Shown here in pieces: positions 23,267-34,490 of a stretch of 64,000 nucleotides of DNA. Below the pieces are notes generated by a model. The model saw only the letters and a list, made by a program, of their open reading frames with translations, was not told the origin of the DNA and did no database searches. Made by a program: the position numbers and the translations under genes. How positions within the stretch are numbered: the first letter of the stretch is position 1; every line of letters begins with the position of its first letter. The DNA comes from an uncultured Actinomycetota bacterium (GTDB lineage: Bacteria > Actinomycetota > Actinomycetes > Actinomycetales > Microbacteriaceae): positions 2,938 to 66,937 of the forward strand of contig CAWBVS010000019.1 in assembly GCA_963792285.1 (NCBI GenBank). Direction: 5' to 3'.

Positions 23267-23363
23267 ATGCCGTATTCAGGCTGCGAGGGGCGTAAGCATC
23301 GAGGGCGCCGCGAAATCACGCGGTCAACCGAGGCCATCGGCACATTCAGCCTGAGTACGGCAT
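23267..23363. repeat. Right REPIN-like hairpin, 17-bp inverted arms and 63-nt spacer
   Basis: ATGCCGTATTCAGGCTG (23267-23283) and CAGCCTGAGTACGGCAT (23347-23363). Confidence 0.8.
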
Positions 23364-23374
23364 GGGCGTCGGAG

Positions 23375-23425
23375 CAGACCGGATGAGCGGCGGCCCAGAC
23401 CGGACGGGAGACGGAGCAGACCGGA
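23375..23425 (+). repeat. Three CAGACCGGA direct repeats at 21-bp period
   Basis: Copies start at 23375, 23396 and 23417; copies 1 and 3 extend to GGAGCAGACCGGAT. Confidence 0.7.
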
Positions 23426-23492
23426 TCCATGCGACCGAACGCCGGGCAGGGACGACGAAAGCGCCGCGGGCCGGCACGGCTAGCCTGGGCGG

Positions 23493-24059
23493 GTGGAACC
23501 GGTCACTCTTCACACCGCGCGGCTGACGCTCTCCGTGCCCACCGATGCCGACGTCGACGCGATCTTCGAGGCGTGCCAGGACGCCTCGATCCAGCGCTAC
23601 ACGACGGTCCCGTCGCCGTACGAGCGGCAGGACGCGGAGGGCTTCATCACCTTCGCGCAGAGCCGGTGGGCCGAGGGAGTCGAAGCGACGTGGGCGCTGC
23701 GCGAAGGCGAGACGCTCGCCGGCATGATCGGCCTGCACGGCATCACCCTGGGCGGCAGCGGCGAGATCGGCTACTGGATGGCGCCGGCCGCGCGCCGGCG
23801 CGGACTGCTCACCGAAGCCGCACGGGCGGTCGTCGACTGGGGCTTCAGCTCCTCCGGCGCGGCGCTGCAGCGCATCGAGTGGCGCGCGGTGGCCGGCAAC
23901 GTCGCATCGGCGCGGGTCGCGCGCGCCCTCGGCTTCCGGTACGAAGGCCTGCTGCGCAAGTCGCTCGCCAACTCGTTCGGCCGGGACGACGGCTGGATCG
24001 CGGGGCTCCTCCCCGGCGATGACCGGATGCCGCAGCCCTGGCCCGTGCTGGAGGAATGA
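23493..24059 (+). CDS. GNAT (RimJ/RimL-like) acetyltransferase
   Basis: LHTARLTL, EIGYW...RRRGL, GNVASARVARALGF..EG. Confidence 0.9.
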   Translation: MEPVTLHTARLTLSVPTDADVDAIFEACQDASIQRYTTVPSPYERQDAEGFITFAQSRWAEGVEATWALREGETLAGMIGLHGITLGGSGEIGYWMAPAARRRGLLTEAARAVVDWGFSSSGAALQRIEWRAVAGNVASARVARALGFRYEGLLRKSLANSFGRDDGWIAGLLPGDDRMPQPWPVLEE

Positions 24060-24099
24060 CACCCGACCCTCCGTCGGCGCCGCGTGGGAGGATGGGGGA

Positions 24100-24978
24100 A
24101 TGCCGGAGATGCCCGAAGTGCAGGGCCTCGTCGACTTCCTCCGCGGACGGGCGACGGGACTTGCGATCACGCGCGTCACGGTCTCGGCGTTCGCTGCCCT
24201 CAAGACCTACGACCCGCCGGTCGATGCGCTCGTCGGCGCCGAGATCACCTCCGCCTCGCGGCACGGCAAGTTCATCGACCTCGCGACCACGACGACGACC
24301 AGGGACTCCGAGCCCCACCTGATCTTCCACCTCGCCAAGGCGGGGTGGCTGCGGTGGTACGACCAGCTTCCGTCCACGATCATCCGTCCGGGCAAGACCC
24401 CCATCGCGCTGCGGGTCGCGCTGTCGGACGGGTCGGGCTTCGACCTCACCGAGGCGGGAACGAAGAAGTCGCTGGCCGTGTACGTCGTGAACGATCCGCA
24501 GGACGTGCCGGGGATCGCCCGGCTCGGTCCGGATCCGCTCGAGCCCACCTTCACCCGCAACACCCTCGCCGGTCTGATCGAGGGCCGCCGCACGCAGATC
24601 AAGGGCGTGCTGCGCGACCAGTCGATCCTGGCCGGGGTCGGCAACGCCTACTCCGACGAGATCCTCCACGATGCGCGGATGTCGCCCTATGCCCTCGCCG
24701 CGAGTCTGACCCCCGAAGACATCGACCGCCTCTACGCCGCGATGACCGAGACGCTCGCCGAGGCGGTGGCCGCGGCATCCGGAAAGCCGCCCGCCGAGCT
24801 CAAGGACGCCAAGCGGCGCGGCATGCAGGTGCACGGCCGGCGGGGCGAGACCTGCCCGGTGTGCGGCGATGTCGTGCGGAGCGTCTTCTTCGCCGACAAC
24901 TCGCTGGAGTACTGCGCGACGTGTCAGACCGGCGGCAAGGTGCTCGCCGACCGGCGCCTGTCGCGACTGCTCAAGTAG
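24100..24978 (+). CDS. Fpg/Nei-family DNA glycosylase
   Basis: N-terminal MPEMPEV, RHGKF, GVGNAYSDEIL (H2TH), CPVC...CATCQ zinc finger. Confidence 0.93.
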   Translation: MPEMPEVQGLVDFLRGRATGLAITRVTVSAFAALKTYDPPVDALVGAEITSASRHGKFIDLATTTTTRDSEPHLIFHLAKAGWLRWYDQLPSTIIRPGKTPIALRVALSDGSGFDLTEAGTKKSLAVYVVNDPQDVPGIARLGPDPLEPTFTRNTLAGLIEGRRTQIKGVLRDQSILAGVGNAYSDEILHDARMSPYALAASLTPEDIDRLYAAMTETLAEAVAAASGKPPAELKDAKRRGMQVHGRRGETCPVCGDVVRSVFFADNSLEYCATCQTGGKVLADRRLSRLLK

Positions 24979-25014
24979 CGCGCCGCTTCCGGCCCACCAC
25001 GCAAAGCCCGGAAC

Positions 25015-26538
25015 CTACGACAGCGCCGTGACGTCCTCGTCGACCCAGTCCAGCGACTTCGTGACGGCCTTTCGCCACAGCCGCACGCGGCGATCGGCCT
25101 CTTCGACCGGCATCTTCGGCTCCCAGCGCTTGCCTTCGCGCCACTGCGCGCTGAGCGCATCGCGGTCGGGCCACACCCCCGTCGCCAGCCCCGCGGCGTA
25201 GGCTGCCCCGAGCGCGGTGGTCTCGATGATGGCCGGGCGCACCACGGGGATGCCGAGGATGTCGGCCTGGAACTGCATCATGAGGTCATCGCGCGAGCCG
25301 CCGCCGTCCACCCGCAGCTCGGTCAGCTCCCGGCCGGTGTCGGCCACGATCGCGTCGATCACGTCGCGGGACTGGAATCCGGCCGCCTCGATCGCCGCCC
25401 GCGCGATGTGCGCCTTGTTGACGTACCGCGTGAGCCCGACCAGGGCGCCCCGCGCGTCCGGCCGCCAGTACGGGGCGAACAGACCGGAGAAGGCGGGTAC
25501 GAAGTAGGCCCCGCCGCTGTCGTCCACCGTCGAGGCGAGCCGCGCGACCTCGGGCGCGGAGTTGATGATGCCCAGATTGTCGCGCAGCCACTGCACGAGC
25601 GATCCGGTCACGGCGATCGAGCCCTCCAGCGCGTAGTGGGCCGGCTCGTCGCCGCACCGATACGCGACCGTGGTCACCAGTCCGTGCTGCGAGCGCACGA
25701 TCTCGGTGCCGGTGTTCACGAGCACGAAGTTGCCGGTGCCGTACGTGTTCTTGGACTGCCCCGGCTCGAACGCGGCCTGGCCGAACGTCGCGGCCTGCTG
25801 ATCGCCGAGGATGCCGGCGATGGGAATGCCGCGTGCCGCGGGCGGCTCGTGCACCTCGCCCACCACGCCCGACGATGAGACGATCTCGGGAAGCATCGAT
25901 CGCGGGATGCCGAAGACCTCGAGCAGCTCGTCGGACCACGCGAGGGTCTCGAGGTCCATCAGGAGCGTGCGGCTGGCGTTGGTCACGTCGGTGACGTGGA
26001 TGCCGCCACGCGTGTCACCCGTGAGGTTCCAGATCAGCCACGTGTCGGGTGTGCCGAACAGCAGGTGACCCGCTTCGGCGTCGGCGCGCGCGCCGGGCAC
26101 GTTGTCGAGGATCCAGGCGATCTTCGAGGCCGAGAAGTAGGTGGCCAGCGGCAGCCCGGTGGCCTGCGCGAACCGGTCGGTGCCGCCGTCGGCCGCGAGG
26201 CGGTCGATGAGCGGCTGCGTGCGGGTGTCCTGCCAGACGAGCGCGTTGCAGACCGGCCGCCCCGTGCGACGGTCCCACACGATCGCCGTCTCGCGCTGGT
26301 TCGTGATCCCCACCGCGGCGAAGTCCCGCGGCGCCAGGCCCGCGTCATCCAGCGCGGCCGCGATCACCCACTGCGTGTTGGTCCAGATCTCGATGGGATC
26401 GTGCTCGACCCAGCCGGCCCGGGGGAAGATCTGCTTGTGCTCCCGCTGCGCGACCGCGACGGTCGCCCCGCTCGCGTCGAACACGATCGCCCGCGTCGAG
26501 GTCGTGCCCTGATCGAGCGCCAGCACATGGTCGGTCAC
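25015..26538 (-). CDS. glpK: Glycerol kinase
   Basis: [42 protein letters not shown]. Confidence 0.97.
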   Translation of the reverse strand: MTDHVLALDQGTTSTRAIVFDASGATVAVAQREHKQIFPRAGWVEHDPIEIWTNTQWVIAAALDDAGLAPRDFAAVGITNQRETAIVWDRRTGRPVCNALVWQDTRTQPLIDRLAADGGTDRFAQATGLPLATYFSASKIAWILDNVPGARADAEAGHLLFGTPDTWLIWNLTGDTRGGIHVTDVTNASRTLLMDLETLAWSDELLEVFGIPRSMLPEIVSSSGVVGEVHEPPAARGIPIAGILGDQQAATFGQAAFEPGQSKNTYGTGNFVLVNTGTEIVRSQHGLVTTVAYRCGDEPAHYALEGSIAVTGSLVQWLRDNLGIINSAPEVARLASTVDDSGGAYFVPAFSGLFAPYWRPDARGALVGLTRYVNKAHIARAAIEAAGFQSRDVIDAIVADTGRELTELRVDGGGSRDDLMMQFQADILGIPVVRPAIIETTALGAAYAAGLATGVWPDRDALSAQWREGKRWEPKMPVEEADRRVRLWRKAVTKSLDWVDEDVTALS

Positions 26539-26607
26539 GTGAGTCTCCTTCGAGTCAGCGCGTTGCTCCTGGGGCCGCCGTGCAGCGGCCCGGGCCGTGC
26601 GGTCAGG

Positions 26608-28329
26608 CTATCGCGAGGAGCGGGCGGATGCCGCGGGCGTCCACGTCGGGTCGGCGGCGTGCACCTTCGCCAGCGCCCGATCGGTCTCGGCGATGCACTG
26701 CGCGGCATCCCACCGCATGACCGGCGCGATCGCCTGGGCGACCTCGAGCGCCGATTCGGCCGTGACCGCGCCGATGAACGCGAGGCTCGTGCGACGCATG
26801 AGCATGTCGTCGAGATGGATGACGGCCTCGGTGCGGGCGATGTGGCGCAGCTCCGCGGTGCTGTAGGCCGGGAGCGTCTCGAGAGCGACGTCGTCGGGAT
26901 CATCGGCGATCGCGGCGATGACGTCGGCCGCCACCGTGCCGTAGCGGTCCAGCAGCGTCGCGACCCGCTCGAAGCCGAGCCCCTCGCTGTGCGTGTCGAT
27001 CCACTGGCGGCGCGCGCGCTCGGTCGTGGGGTATCCGCGGCCTCCGCCGATCGGCACGCCCTTGGTCGAGCGCCGCCGCGGCAGGGCGAGCCGTTCGAGG
27101 ACGTGGTCGGTGAGGTTCTCCGCCGACGCGCGGAACGTCGTCCACTTGCCTCCGACGAGGCTGAGCACCGTCGCGTCGGTGGGGCCCGCGAGGGGCGCCT
27201 CCTCGATGCGGTAGTCGCGCGAGACGAAGCCCGGGGCGAGGTCGCCGTGCCCGGGGAGGGGCCTGACCCCGGAGAACCGGTAGACGATCCGGTCGCGCTC
27301 GACCGTGATGTCGGGCAGCACCGCGCCGATGAGCTCGATGAAGTAGTCGACCTCGGCCTCGGTGCACACGATCGGGTCGCCCATGTCGTGCTCGAGGTCG
27401 GTCGTGCCGACGAGCACCCGCCCCTTGAGCGGGTAGATCAGCACGATCCGCCCGTCCTTGTGCTCGAAGAACAGCTCGCGCCCGCCGGTCGCCGCGAGCA
27501 GCTCGGGGTGATCGAGAACGATGTGCGAGCCCTTCGTGCCGCCCATGTGGTCGGTCGGGTCGCCGCAGGCGAGGTTCGTGAGGTCGGTCCAGGGCCCTGA
27601 CGCATTCACCACGACGGATGCCGCGAACGGCAGTTCCTGGCCGGTGTGCTGGTCGCGCAGCACGATGCGGCCGTCATCGACGCCGACGGCGGCGGTGTAG
27701 TTCGCGGCGCGCGCGCGGTCGCCGCCCGCCGCGAGACCGTCGCGCAGCACGTCGATCGCGAGGCGCTCCGGGTCGTGCAGGGAGGCGTCCCAGTACGTGG
27801 CGGTGTACTTGATGGCGGGGTTCAGGTGCGGAAGCTGCTGCAGCGAGCGCCGGCGCCCGTGGAACTCGTGCCGGGCGACACGACCGCCGCCCCGCGAGAA
27901 CGAGTCGTAGATGACCAGGCCGATCTTGATGAGGGCCGCCCCGCGCTCGGTGTGCTTTCCGCCGCCGTGACGCAGGAACCGCAGGGGCGCGCTGAGCACG
28001 CCCGAGAAGGTCGAGAAGATCGGGATCGTCGTCTGCAGCGGGCGGACGTAGTGCGGCGCGATCTGCAGCAGCGCGTTGCGTTCGGTGACCGCCTCGTGGA
28101 CGAGGCGGAACTCGCCGTTCTCGAGATAGCGGATGCCGCCGTGGATCATGTGGGAGGACGCGGCCGAGGCCCCGCTGACGTAGTCGGAGCGCTCGGCGAG
28201 AGCCACGTCCACGCCCTGCAGAGCGAGATCGCGGAAGGTCGCCAGGCCGTTGATGCCGCCGCCGACGATGAGGACGTCGGCGTACGGGCGCGCTGCGAGC
28301 GCTTCGAAGCCCTGTCGTGCGTGTGTCAT
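26608..28329 (-). CDS. glpD: Glycerol-3-phosphate dehydrogenase/oxidase
   Basis: IVGGGING, SSHMIHGGIRYLE, KGSHIV, GGKWTTFR; adjacent to glpK. Confidence 0.93.
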   Translation of the reverse strand: MTHARQGFEALAARPYADVLIVGGGINGLATFRDLALQGVDVALAERSDYVSGASAASSHMIHGGIRYLENGEFRLVHEAVTERNALLQIAPHYVRPLQTTIPIFSTFSGVLSAPLRFLRHGGGKHTERGAALIKIGLVIYDSFSRGGGRVARHEFHGRRRSLQQLPHLNPAIKYTATYWDASLHDPERLAIDVLRDGLAAGGDRARAANYTAAVGVDDGRIVLRDQHTGQELPFAASVVVNASGPWTDLTNLACGDPTDHMGGTKGSHIVLDHPELLAATGGRELFFEHKDGRIVLIYPLKGRVLVGTTDLEHDMGDPIVCTEAEVDYFIELIGAVLPDITVERDRIVYRFSGVRPLPGHGDLAPGFVSRDYRIEEAPLAGPTDATVLSLVGGKWTTFRASAENLTDHVLERLALPRRRSTKGVPIGGGRGYPTTERARRQWIDTHSEGLGFERVATLLDRYGTVAADVIAAIADDPDDVALETLPAYSTAELRHIARTEAVIHLDDMLMRRTSLAFIGAVTAESALEVAQAIAPVMRWDAAQCIAETDRALAKVHAADPTWTPAASARSSR

Positions 28330-28505
28330 GTCGATGAGCCCTCCCCCTCCAGGCTAAATGCCCCCGCGGGCACGGGCGCCGTCCACGCGGGCACAGGCAG
28401 GAATCGTTCAGCGACCCGCCACCCGGCCGTCACCGCGGGTGGTCTCCATGCAATGACATGGAATGAATCGCGTGAGTCAGGCGTTGACTAGAATCAAGTG
28501 CATTA

Positions 28506-28664
28506 CGTGCTCCGGGGTCGGTGTGAATCCGAACCGGCGGTGACAGTCCGCGAGCTGAGGCATCAGCATCCGATGAGGGTGCCGCCGAGGCTGATCCGGT
28601 GGAATTCCGGAACCGACGGTGATGCAGCAGGTTTCTGCTGCGAGTCCGGATGGGAGGCAGCACG
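28506..28664 (+). ncRNA. FMN riboswitch (RFN element)
   Basis: CGGGGTCGGTGTGAATCCGAACCGGCGGT..AGTCCGCGA...GATCCGGTGGAATTCCGGAACCGACGGT...AGTCCGGATGGGAG; P1 CGTGCT/AGCACG; directly upstream of the rib operon. Confidence 0.95.
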
Positions 28665-28719
28665 AGCGGCGCGAGCGTGCCGCCGTTCGCCATTCCCGGA
28701 GCCTGAACGAAGGATTCGG

Positions 28720-29747
28720 ATGACGGTGAACGCCGCGGAGCGCGACGCCATGGGGCGCGCGCTGTCGCTCGCCCTCAAGGGCCCGCGCGGCGTGAACCCC
28801 CAAGTCGGCGCGGTGATCCTCGCGCCCGACGGCACAGTGCTCGCCGAAGGCTGGCACCGCGGTGCGGGTACGGTGCACGCCGAGGTCGACGCGCTGTCGC
28901 AGCTGCCGGACGGCGATGCCCGCGGGGCGACCGCGATCGTGACGCTCGAGCCCTGCAACCACACCGGACGCACCGGGCCGTGCTCCGAAGCGCTCCTGGC
29001 GGCCGGCGTCGCCCGGGTGATCTACGCGGTTCCCGACCCGAACCCGGAGTCCCGCGGCGGAGCGGAGCGCCTGCGCCGCGCCGGCGTCGAGGTCGAGGCC
29101 GGACTCCTCGAGGAGGAGGCCACCGCCCTGCTCGCCCCGTGGCTGGCGGTGCAGCGGCTCGGCCGCCCGCACGTCACGGTCAAGTGGGCGCAGAGCCTGG
29201 ACGGCCGTGCCGCGGCATCCGACGGCACCAGCCAGTGGATCACCGGTCCTGAGGCGCGCGCCGACGTGCACCGCCGCCGCGCGGAGGCCGACGCGATCGT
29301 GGTCGGCATCGGCACGGTGCTGGCCGATGACCCGGCACTGACCGCGCGCCGCCCCGACGGAACGCTCTACGACCACCAGCCGCTCCCGGTGGTGCTCGGC
29401 GATCGGCCGTGTGCCCGACGACGCCGCGCTGCACCGGCATCCGCACCCGTTCGTGCGGCGGTCGGGCAGCGACCTGCCCGCCGTGCTCGCCGAGCTGCGC
29501 GAACGCGGCGTGCAGCGCGTCTTCGTCGAGGGCGGACCCACGATCGCCAGCGCGTTCCTGCGCGCAGACCTCGCCGATGAGGTGCTCGCCTACGTCGCAC
29601 CCGTGCTGCTCGGCGGCGACAAGCTCGCGCTGGGCGACATCGGGGTCTCGACGATCGCCGAGGCTCGGCGGCTCGAGACCACCGCGGTCGAGCGACTCGG
29701 GCCCGACCTGCTTCTCATCGCCCGCCCTTGCGGAAGGAACCCCCTGA
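28720..29747 (+). CDS. ribD: Riboflavin deaminase/reductase; indels near 29410 and probably 29728
   Basis: NPQVGAV, HAEVDAL, TLEPCNHTGRTGPC, KWAQSLDG, then VEGGPTIA in the next frame. Confidence 0.9.
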
Positions 29748-30403
29748 TGTTCACCGGAATCGTCGAAGAGATCGGCGCCGTCACCGCCGTCGAGCCGTCC
29801 GGCGACGGCGTGCGCCTCACGGTGCGGGCGCCGAAGGCCGTGTCGGATGCCGCGCACGGCGACTCGATCTCCGTGAGCGGCGTGTGCCTGACCGTCGTCG
29901 ACCGCGGTGAGGACTGGTTCACGGCCGACGTCATGCGCCAGACGCTCGACATGTCGACCCTCGCCGGCGTCGACGCCGGCCGCGTGGTCAATCTCGAGCG
30001 CGCCACGGCCGCGCACGGACGCCTCGGCGGGCACATCGTGCAGGGGCACATCGACGGCACCGGCGAGCTGCTCGAGGTGCGCCCGGGCGCGCAGTGGCGC
30101 GTGCTGCGGATCGCGCTGCCCGCGCACCTCGCACCGCTCGTCGTCGACAAGGGCTCGATCGCGGTCGACGGCGTCTCGCTCACGGTCAGCGCGGTGAGCG
30201 AAGCCGGCGCAGCCGCGCACTGGTTCGAGGTCTCGCTCATTCCCGAGACGCTCGAGGCCACGACGCTCGGCGACCGCGTCGCCGGCGATCGCGTCAATCT
30301 CGAGACCGACATCCTGGCGCGCCACGTGCAGCGCCTCCTCGCCTTCACCCCGGACTCCCCCGCCACCACGGCGGCACCCTCAACAGAAGGAGGCTCCCGA
30401 TGA
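29747..30403 (+). CDS. ribE: Riboflavin synthase (alpha chain)
   Basis: [42 protein letters not shown]. Confidence 0.95.
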   Translation: MFTGIVEEIGAVTAVEPSGDGVRLTVRAPKAVSDAAHGDSISVSGVCLTVVDRGEDWFTADVMRQTLDMSTLAGVDAGRVVNLERATAAHGRLGGHIVQGHIDGTGELLEVRPGAQWRVLRIALPAHLAPLVVDKGSIAVDGVSLTVSAVSEAGAAAHWFEVSLIPETLEATTLGDRVAGDRVNLETDILARHVQRLLAFTPDSPATTAAPSTEGGSR

Positions 30404-31681
30404 GCCTTTCGCCCATCACCGACGCCCTCGACGCGCTGCGCGCGGGCAAGCCCGTCATCGTCGCCGACGACGAGAACCGCGAGAACGAAGGCGACGTCGT
30501 CCTGTCGGCCGAGCTGGCGACACCCGAGTGGATCGCGTGGACGGTGCGCTGGTCCAGCGGCTTCATCTGCGCCCCCATGCCCGCCGAGTGGGCCGACCGG
30601 CTCGACCTGCCGCCCATGGTCGAGGTGAACGAAGACGCGCGCGGCACGGCCTACACCGTCAGCGTGGATGCCGCGGACCGGGTCTCGACCGGCATCAGCG
30701 CCTCCGACCGCGCGCACACCCTGAACGTGCTCGCCGACCCCGTCGTCCACGCCGACGAGCGTGATCCGCCCCGGGCACATCCTCCCGCTGCGCGCCGTCG
30801 ACGGCGGCGTGCGCGAACGCGGCGGTCACACCGAGGCCGCGGTCGAGCTCATGCGGCTCGCCGGGCTCAAGCCGGTCGGCGCGATCGCCGAGGTCGTGGC
30901 CGAGGACGGCTCCATGATGCGCCTGCCCGGCCTCATCGAGCTCGGCGAGCGCGACGGAGTGCCGGTGATCACGATCGAGCAGCTCATCGCCTACCTCGAC
31001 GAGCACGACCCGGTCGAGGCGTCCGGCGCACGGCCCCCACCGGCGGCGGGTGAGCCTGCGCGCCGAGGCGAACGTCCCGACCTCGCACGGCGAGTTCCGC
31101 TTCCTCGCGTACAAGGACCGCATCACCGGCACCGACCACCTCGCGGTCGTCTCCGGCGACCTCTCCGACGATGCCCCGCTCGTGCGCGTGCACTCGGAGT
31201 GCCTGACGCGGTGAGGCGTTCGGCTCGCTCAAGTGCGAGTGCGGCCCGCAGCTCGAAGCCGCGCTCGACGCGATCGAGCAGGACGGCGGCGTCGTGATCT
31301 ACATGCGCGGTCACGAGGGTCGCGGCATCGGGCTCATCAACAAGCTGCGCGCCTACAGCCTGCAGGAGCGCGGCCTCGACACGGTCGACGCCAACCTCGC
31401 GCTGGGGCTGCCGGCCGACGCGCGCGACTACGCCGCGGCCGCCGGCATCCTCGCCGATCTCGGCGTCGAGAAGGTGCGTCTGCTGACGAACAACACCGAC
31501 AAGGTCACCCAGCTGCGCGAGCTCGGTCTCGAGATCGTCGAGCAGGTGCCGCTGCTGGTCGGGCGTCGGACCGAACAACCACCAGTACCTCTCGACGAAG
31601 CGCGACCGGATGGGCCACCTGATCGCCGAGTCGGATCTGACCGATGCGCTCGCGCAGATGCACGAAGGAGCCGGAGCATGA
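30400..31681 (+). CDS. ribBA: Bifunctional DHBP synthase / GTP cyclohydrolase II; about four frameshifts
   Basis: [56 protein letters not shown] spread over successive frames. Confidence 0.9.
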
Positions 31682-32152
31682 GCGGCAAGGGAGCGCCGAT
31701 CGTCGGCGGCACGGACGGCACGGGCCTGGACGTCGTGATCGTCGCGGGCACCTGGCACGACGTGATCACCGACGGCCTCATCGCGGGCGCTCAGCGCACC
31801 CTCGACGCCGCGGGCGCCACCTGGCAGCTCGTGCGCGTGCCCGGATCGTTCGAGCTGGCCGTCGCCGCGCAGGCCGCCTTCGCGGCGGGCGCCGACGCGG
31901 TGGTGGCGCTCGGCGTCATCATCCGCGGCGGCACACCGCACTTCGAGTACGTGTCGTCGGCGACCACCGACGGCCTCACGCGCGTCGCGCTCGACGCCGG
32001 CAAGCCCGTCGGGTTCGGCGTGCTCACCCTCGACGACGAGCAGCAGGGCATCGACCGGGCGGGGCTGCCCGGGCTCGCACGAGGACAAGGGCGCCGAGGC
32101 GGCGGATGCGGCGGTCCGCACCGCCCTGGTGCTGCGGCAGCTGCGCGGCTGA
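31678..32152 (+). CDS. ribH: Lumazine synthase; frameshift near 32077
   Basis: [30 protein letters not shown], then DKGAEAA...LRG stop. Confidence 0.92.
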
Positions 32153-32228
32153 GCCGCCTCAGGCTCGATCACGCGACTGAGGCGCGCCTTGGTGGCGGCG
32201 GACGGACTCTCGCAATAGCGTGAGCGTC

Positions 32229-32592
32229 ATGGACGCCCTCGAGATCCTCCGCCACATCGTCGTCTTCGTGCACCTCACCGGCTTCGCCGTGCTGTTCGGC
32301 GCGTGGGCCGTCGAGGCCTACAACCGCCGCGTGCAGTTCACGCCGCTCATGAACATCGGCCTCGCGATCGCCGCGGTGGCCGGGCTCGTCGCTGGCGGCA
32401 CCCTGGGGCATCTCGTACGAGCTGAACTACGTCAAGATCGGCGTGAAGCTGGTCATCCTGCTGATCATCGGCGCCCTTCTCGGCATCGGCATGTCGCGCC
32501 AGCGCAAGGGCGGCACGGTGCCGCCCGCCGCCTTCTGGGGCGTCGGCATCCTGACCCTGCTCAACGCCGCCATCGCCGTCATCTGGCGCTGA
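32229..32592 (+). CDS. Small four-TM membrane protein; frameshift near 32395
   Basis: Hydrophobic ORF that continues as APWGISYELNYVKIGVKLVILL...NAAIAVIWR after the indel. Confidence 0.7.
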
Positions 32593-32605
32593 GCCGGGCA
32601 CGCCG

Positions 32606-34084
32606 ATGAGCAGCACGATCGACGACCTCCGCGCCCGCCAACCCCCGCTCGCGCGTCATCACCGCGAGCCTGGTCGGCACCACGATCGAGTTCTACGACT
32701 TCTACGTCTACGCGACGGCGGCGGTCCTGGTCTTCCCGATCCTGTTCTTCCCGACCGGCAACGACACGACCGTCGCTGCTCGCCTCGTTCGCGGTCTTCG
32801 GCGCCGCGATGATCGCGCGCCCGCTCGGCGCGGTGATCTTCGGCCACTTCGGCGACCGCTTCGGGCGCAAGGCCACCCTCGTCGCGTCGCTGCTCACGAT
32901 GGGCATCGCGACGTTCCTGATCGGCTGCCTGCCGACGTACAGCCGACATCGGCTGGTGGGCGGCGCTCATGCTGCTCGTGCTGCGCCTCGCGCAGGGCTT
33001 CGCGCTCGGCGGCGAGTGGTCGGGCGCCGCGCTCGTGGCGACCGAGAACGCGCCGGCGGGCAAGCGCGCCTGGTACGGCACGTTCCCGCAGCTCGGCGCC
33101 CCGCTCGGCTTCATCATCGCCAACTCGGTGTTCCTCGCGATCAACTTCCTGCTCCCGCACCCGGACGGCACCGGCCAGCGTTCCGAGGCGTTCCTCGCGT
33201 GGGGATGGCGCGTGCCGTTCCTGTTCTCGGCCGTCATGGTGATCATCGGCCTCTGGGTGCGGCTGCGCCTGGTCGAGTCCGAGACGTTCGTGAAGGCCGA
33301 GGAGAAGGGCGCGATCCGCAAGTTCCCGCTCGGCACCGTGCTTCCGCCGTCACTGGTGGCACCTGATCCTCGGCACGTTCATCATGCTGGCGACCTACGT
33401 GCTGTTCTACCTGATGACGAACTTCACGCTGTCGTACGGCACGAAGGCCGCCGACCTGCGACGGCCTCGGCCGCGGCGGCAGGCCGCGGCCGAAGCGAGC
33501 GGGCAAGCCCTTCGACGCGACCGCGTTCGCGGCGCAGTTCTATCCGGGCCTCGGCTTCGGCTACACCGACTTCGTGATCATGCAGATCATCGGCGTCGTC
33601 TTCTTCGGCGTCTTCACCCTGCTGTCCGGCCCGATCGCCGACCGCATCGGCCGGCGGAAGCTGCTGCTGTGGGTCACCGGCGCTGATCATCGTCTTCGGT
33701 CTGACGTTCAACCTGTTCCTGCTGCCCCAGGCCGACCCGAAGTTCACCGGTGCGCTCACGCAGGCGTTCCTGATCTTCGGGTTCGTGCTCATGGGGTCGA
33801 GCTTCGGGCCGATGGGCGCGGTGCTGCCCGAGCTGTTCCCCACGAACGTGCGCTACACGGGCTCGGCCGATCTCGTACAACGTGTCGTCGATCCTCGGCG
33901 CCGCGCTCGCGCCGATCGTCGCCGTCGCGCTCTGGGCCGGCTCGCGGCGGCAGCCCGTGGCTCGTCGGGATCTACCTCTCGGCGATGGGCGGTGCTGACC
34001 TTCATCGCCCTGCTGCTGGCGCCCGAGACGAAGGACGTCGACTACGACGCCAACCTGGGCGTGGGCGCGACCGGGTCGCTGTAG
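32606..34084 (+). CDS. MHS-family MFS transporter; several frameshifts
   Basis: SLVGTTIEFYDFYVY, ARPLGAVIFGHFGDRFGRK, GFALGGEWSGA, WGWRVPFL, ELFPTNVRYTG across frames. Confidence 0.85.
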
Positions 34085-34129
34085 CGCGGCATCCGCTCAG
34101 CGGGTCGGGCGCGGCCCCCGCTCAGCGGG

Positions 34130-34390
34130 TCAGGCGCCGCTCGAAGCGGCGGCGGTGAACGCGATGAAGGCGATGATCGCGATGATGCCGAGGATCAACG
34201 AGATCACGCCGATCCAGATCGCCGCCAGGGCGAATCCGCGCCCGCGCTCGCCCGACTTCTTGATCTGCGACAGTCCGATCGCGCCGAGGATGATGGCGAC
34301 GACGTTGAATCCCAGCAGCGAGATGACGAACCCGATGATCGACAGGATGTTGTAGGAGGGCTGGGCGGGCACGGCGGACTGATCGGTCAT
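34130..34390 (-). CDS. DUF4190-like small membrane protein
   Basis: AIILGAIGLSQIKKSGERGRGFALAAIWIG. Confidence 0.8.
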   Translation of the reverse strand: MTDQSAVPAQPSYNILSIIGFVISLLGFNVVAIILGAIGLSQIKKSGERGRGFALAAIWIGVISLILGIIAIIAFIAFTAAASSGA

Positions 34391-34490
34391 GAAGGATCCC
34401 TTTCTCGGACATGCAAGTGAATGAGAACCTAGCGGTGATCTGAATCGGCGGTCCATACCCTTGCGGCGGGTGGCCCGATACCGGTAGGTC

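Noticed and set aside
21077-23426. CRISPR array
   Set aside because: The repeats are tandem without spacers or in inverted pairs, there are too few copies, and no cas genes are present.
29411-30403. In-frame RibD-RibE fusion
   Set aside because: A GAAGGA RBS and TGATG overlap at 29745-29749 indicate separate genes; riboflavin synthase begins MFTG, and the region is full of indels.
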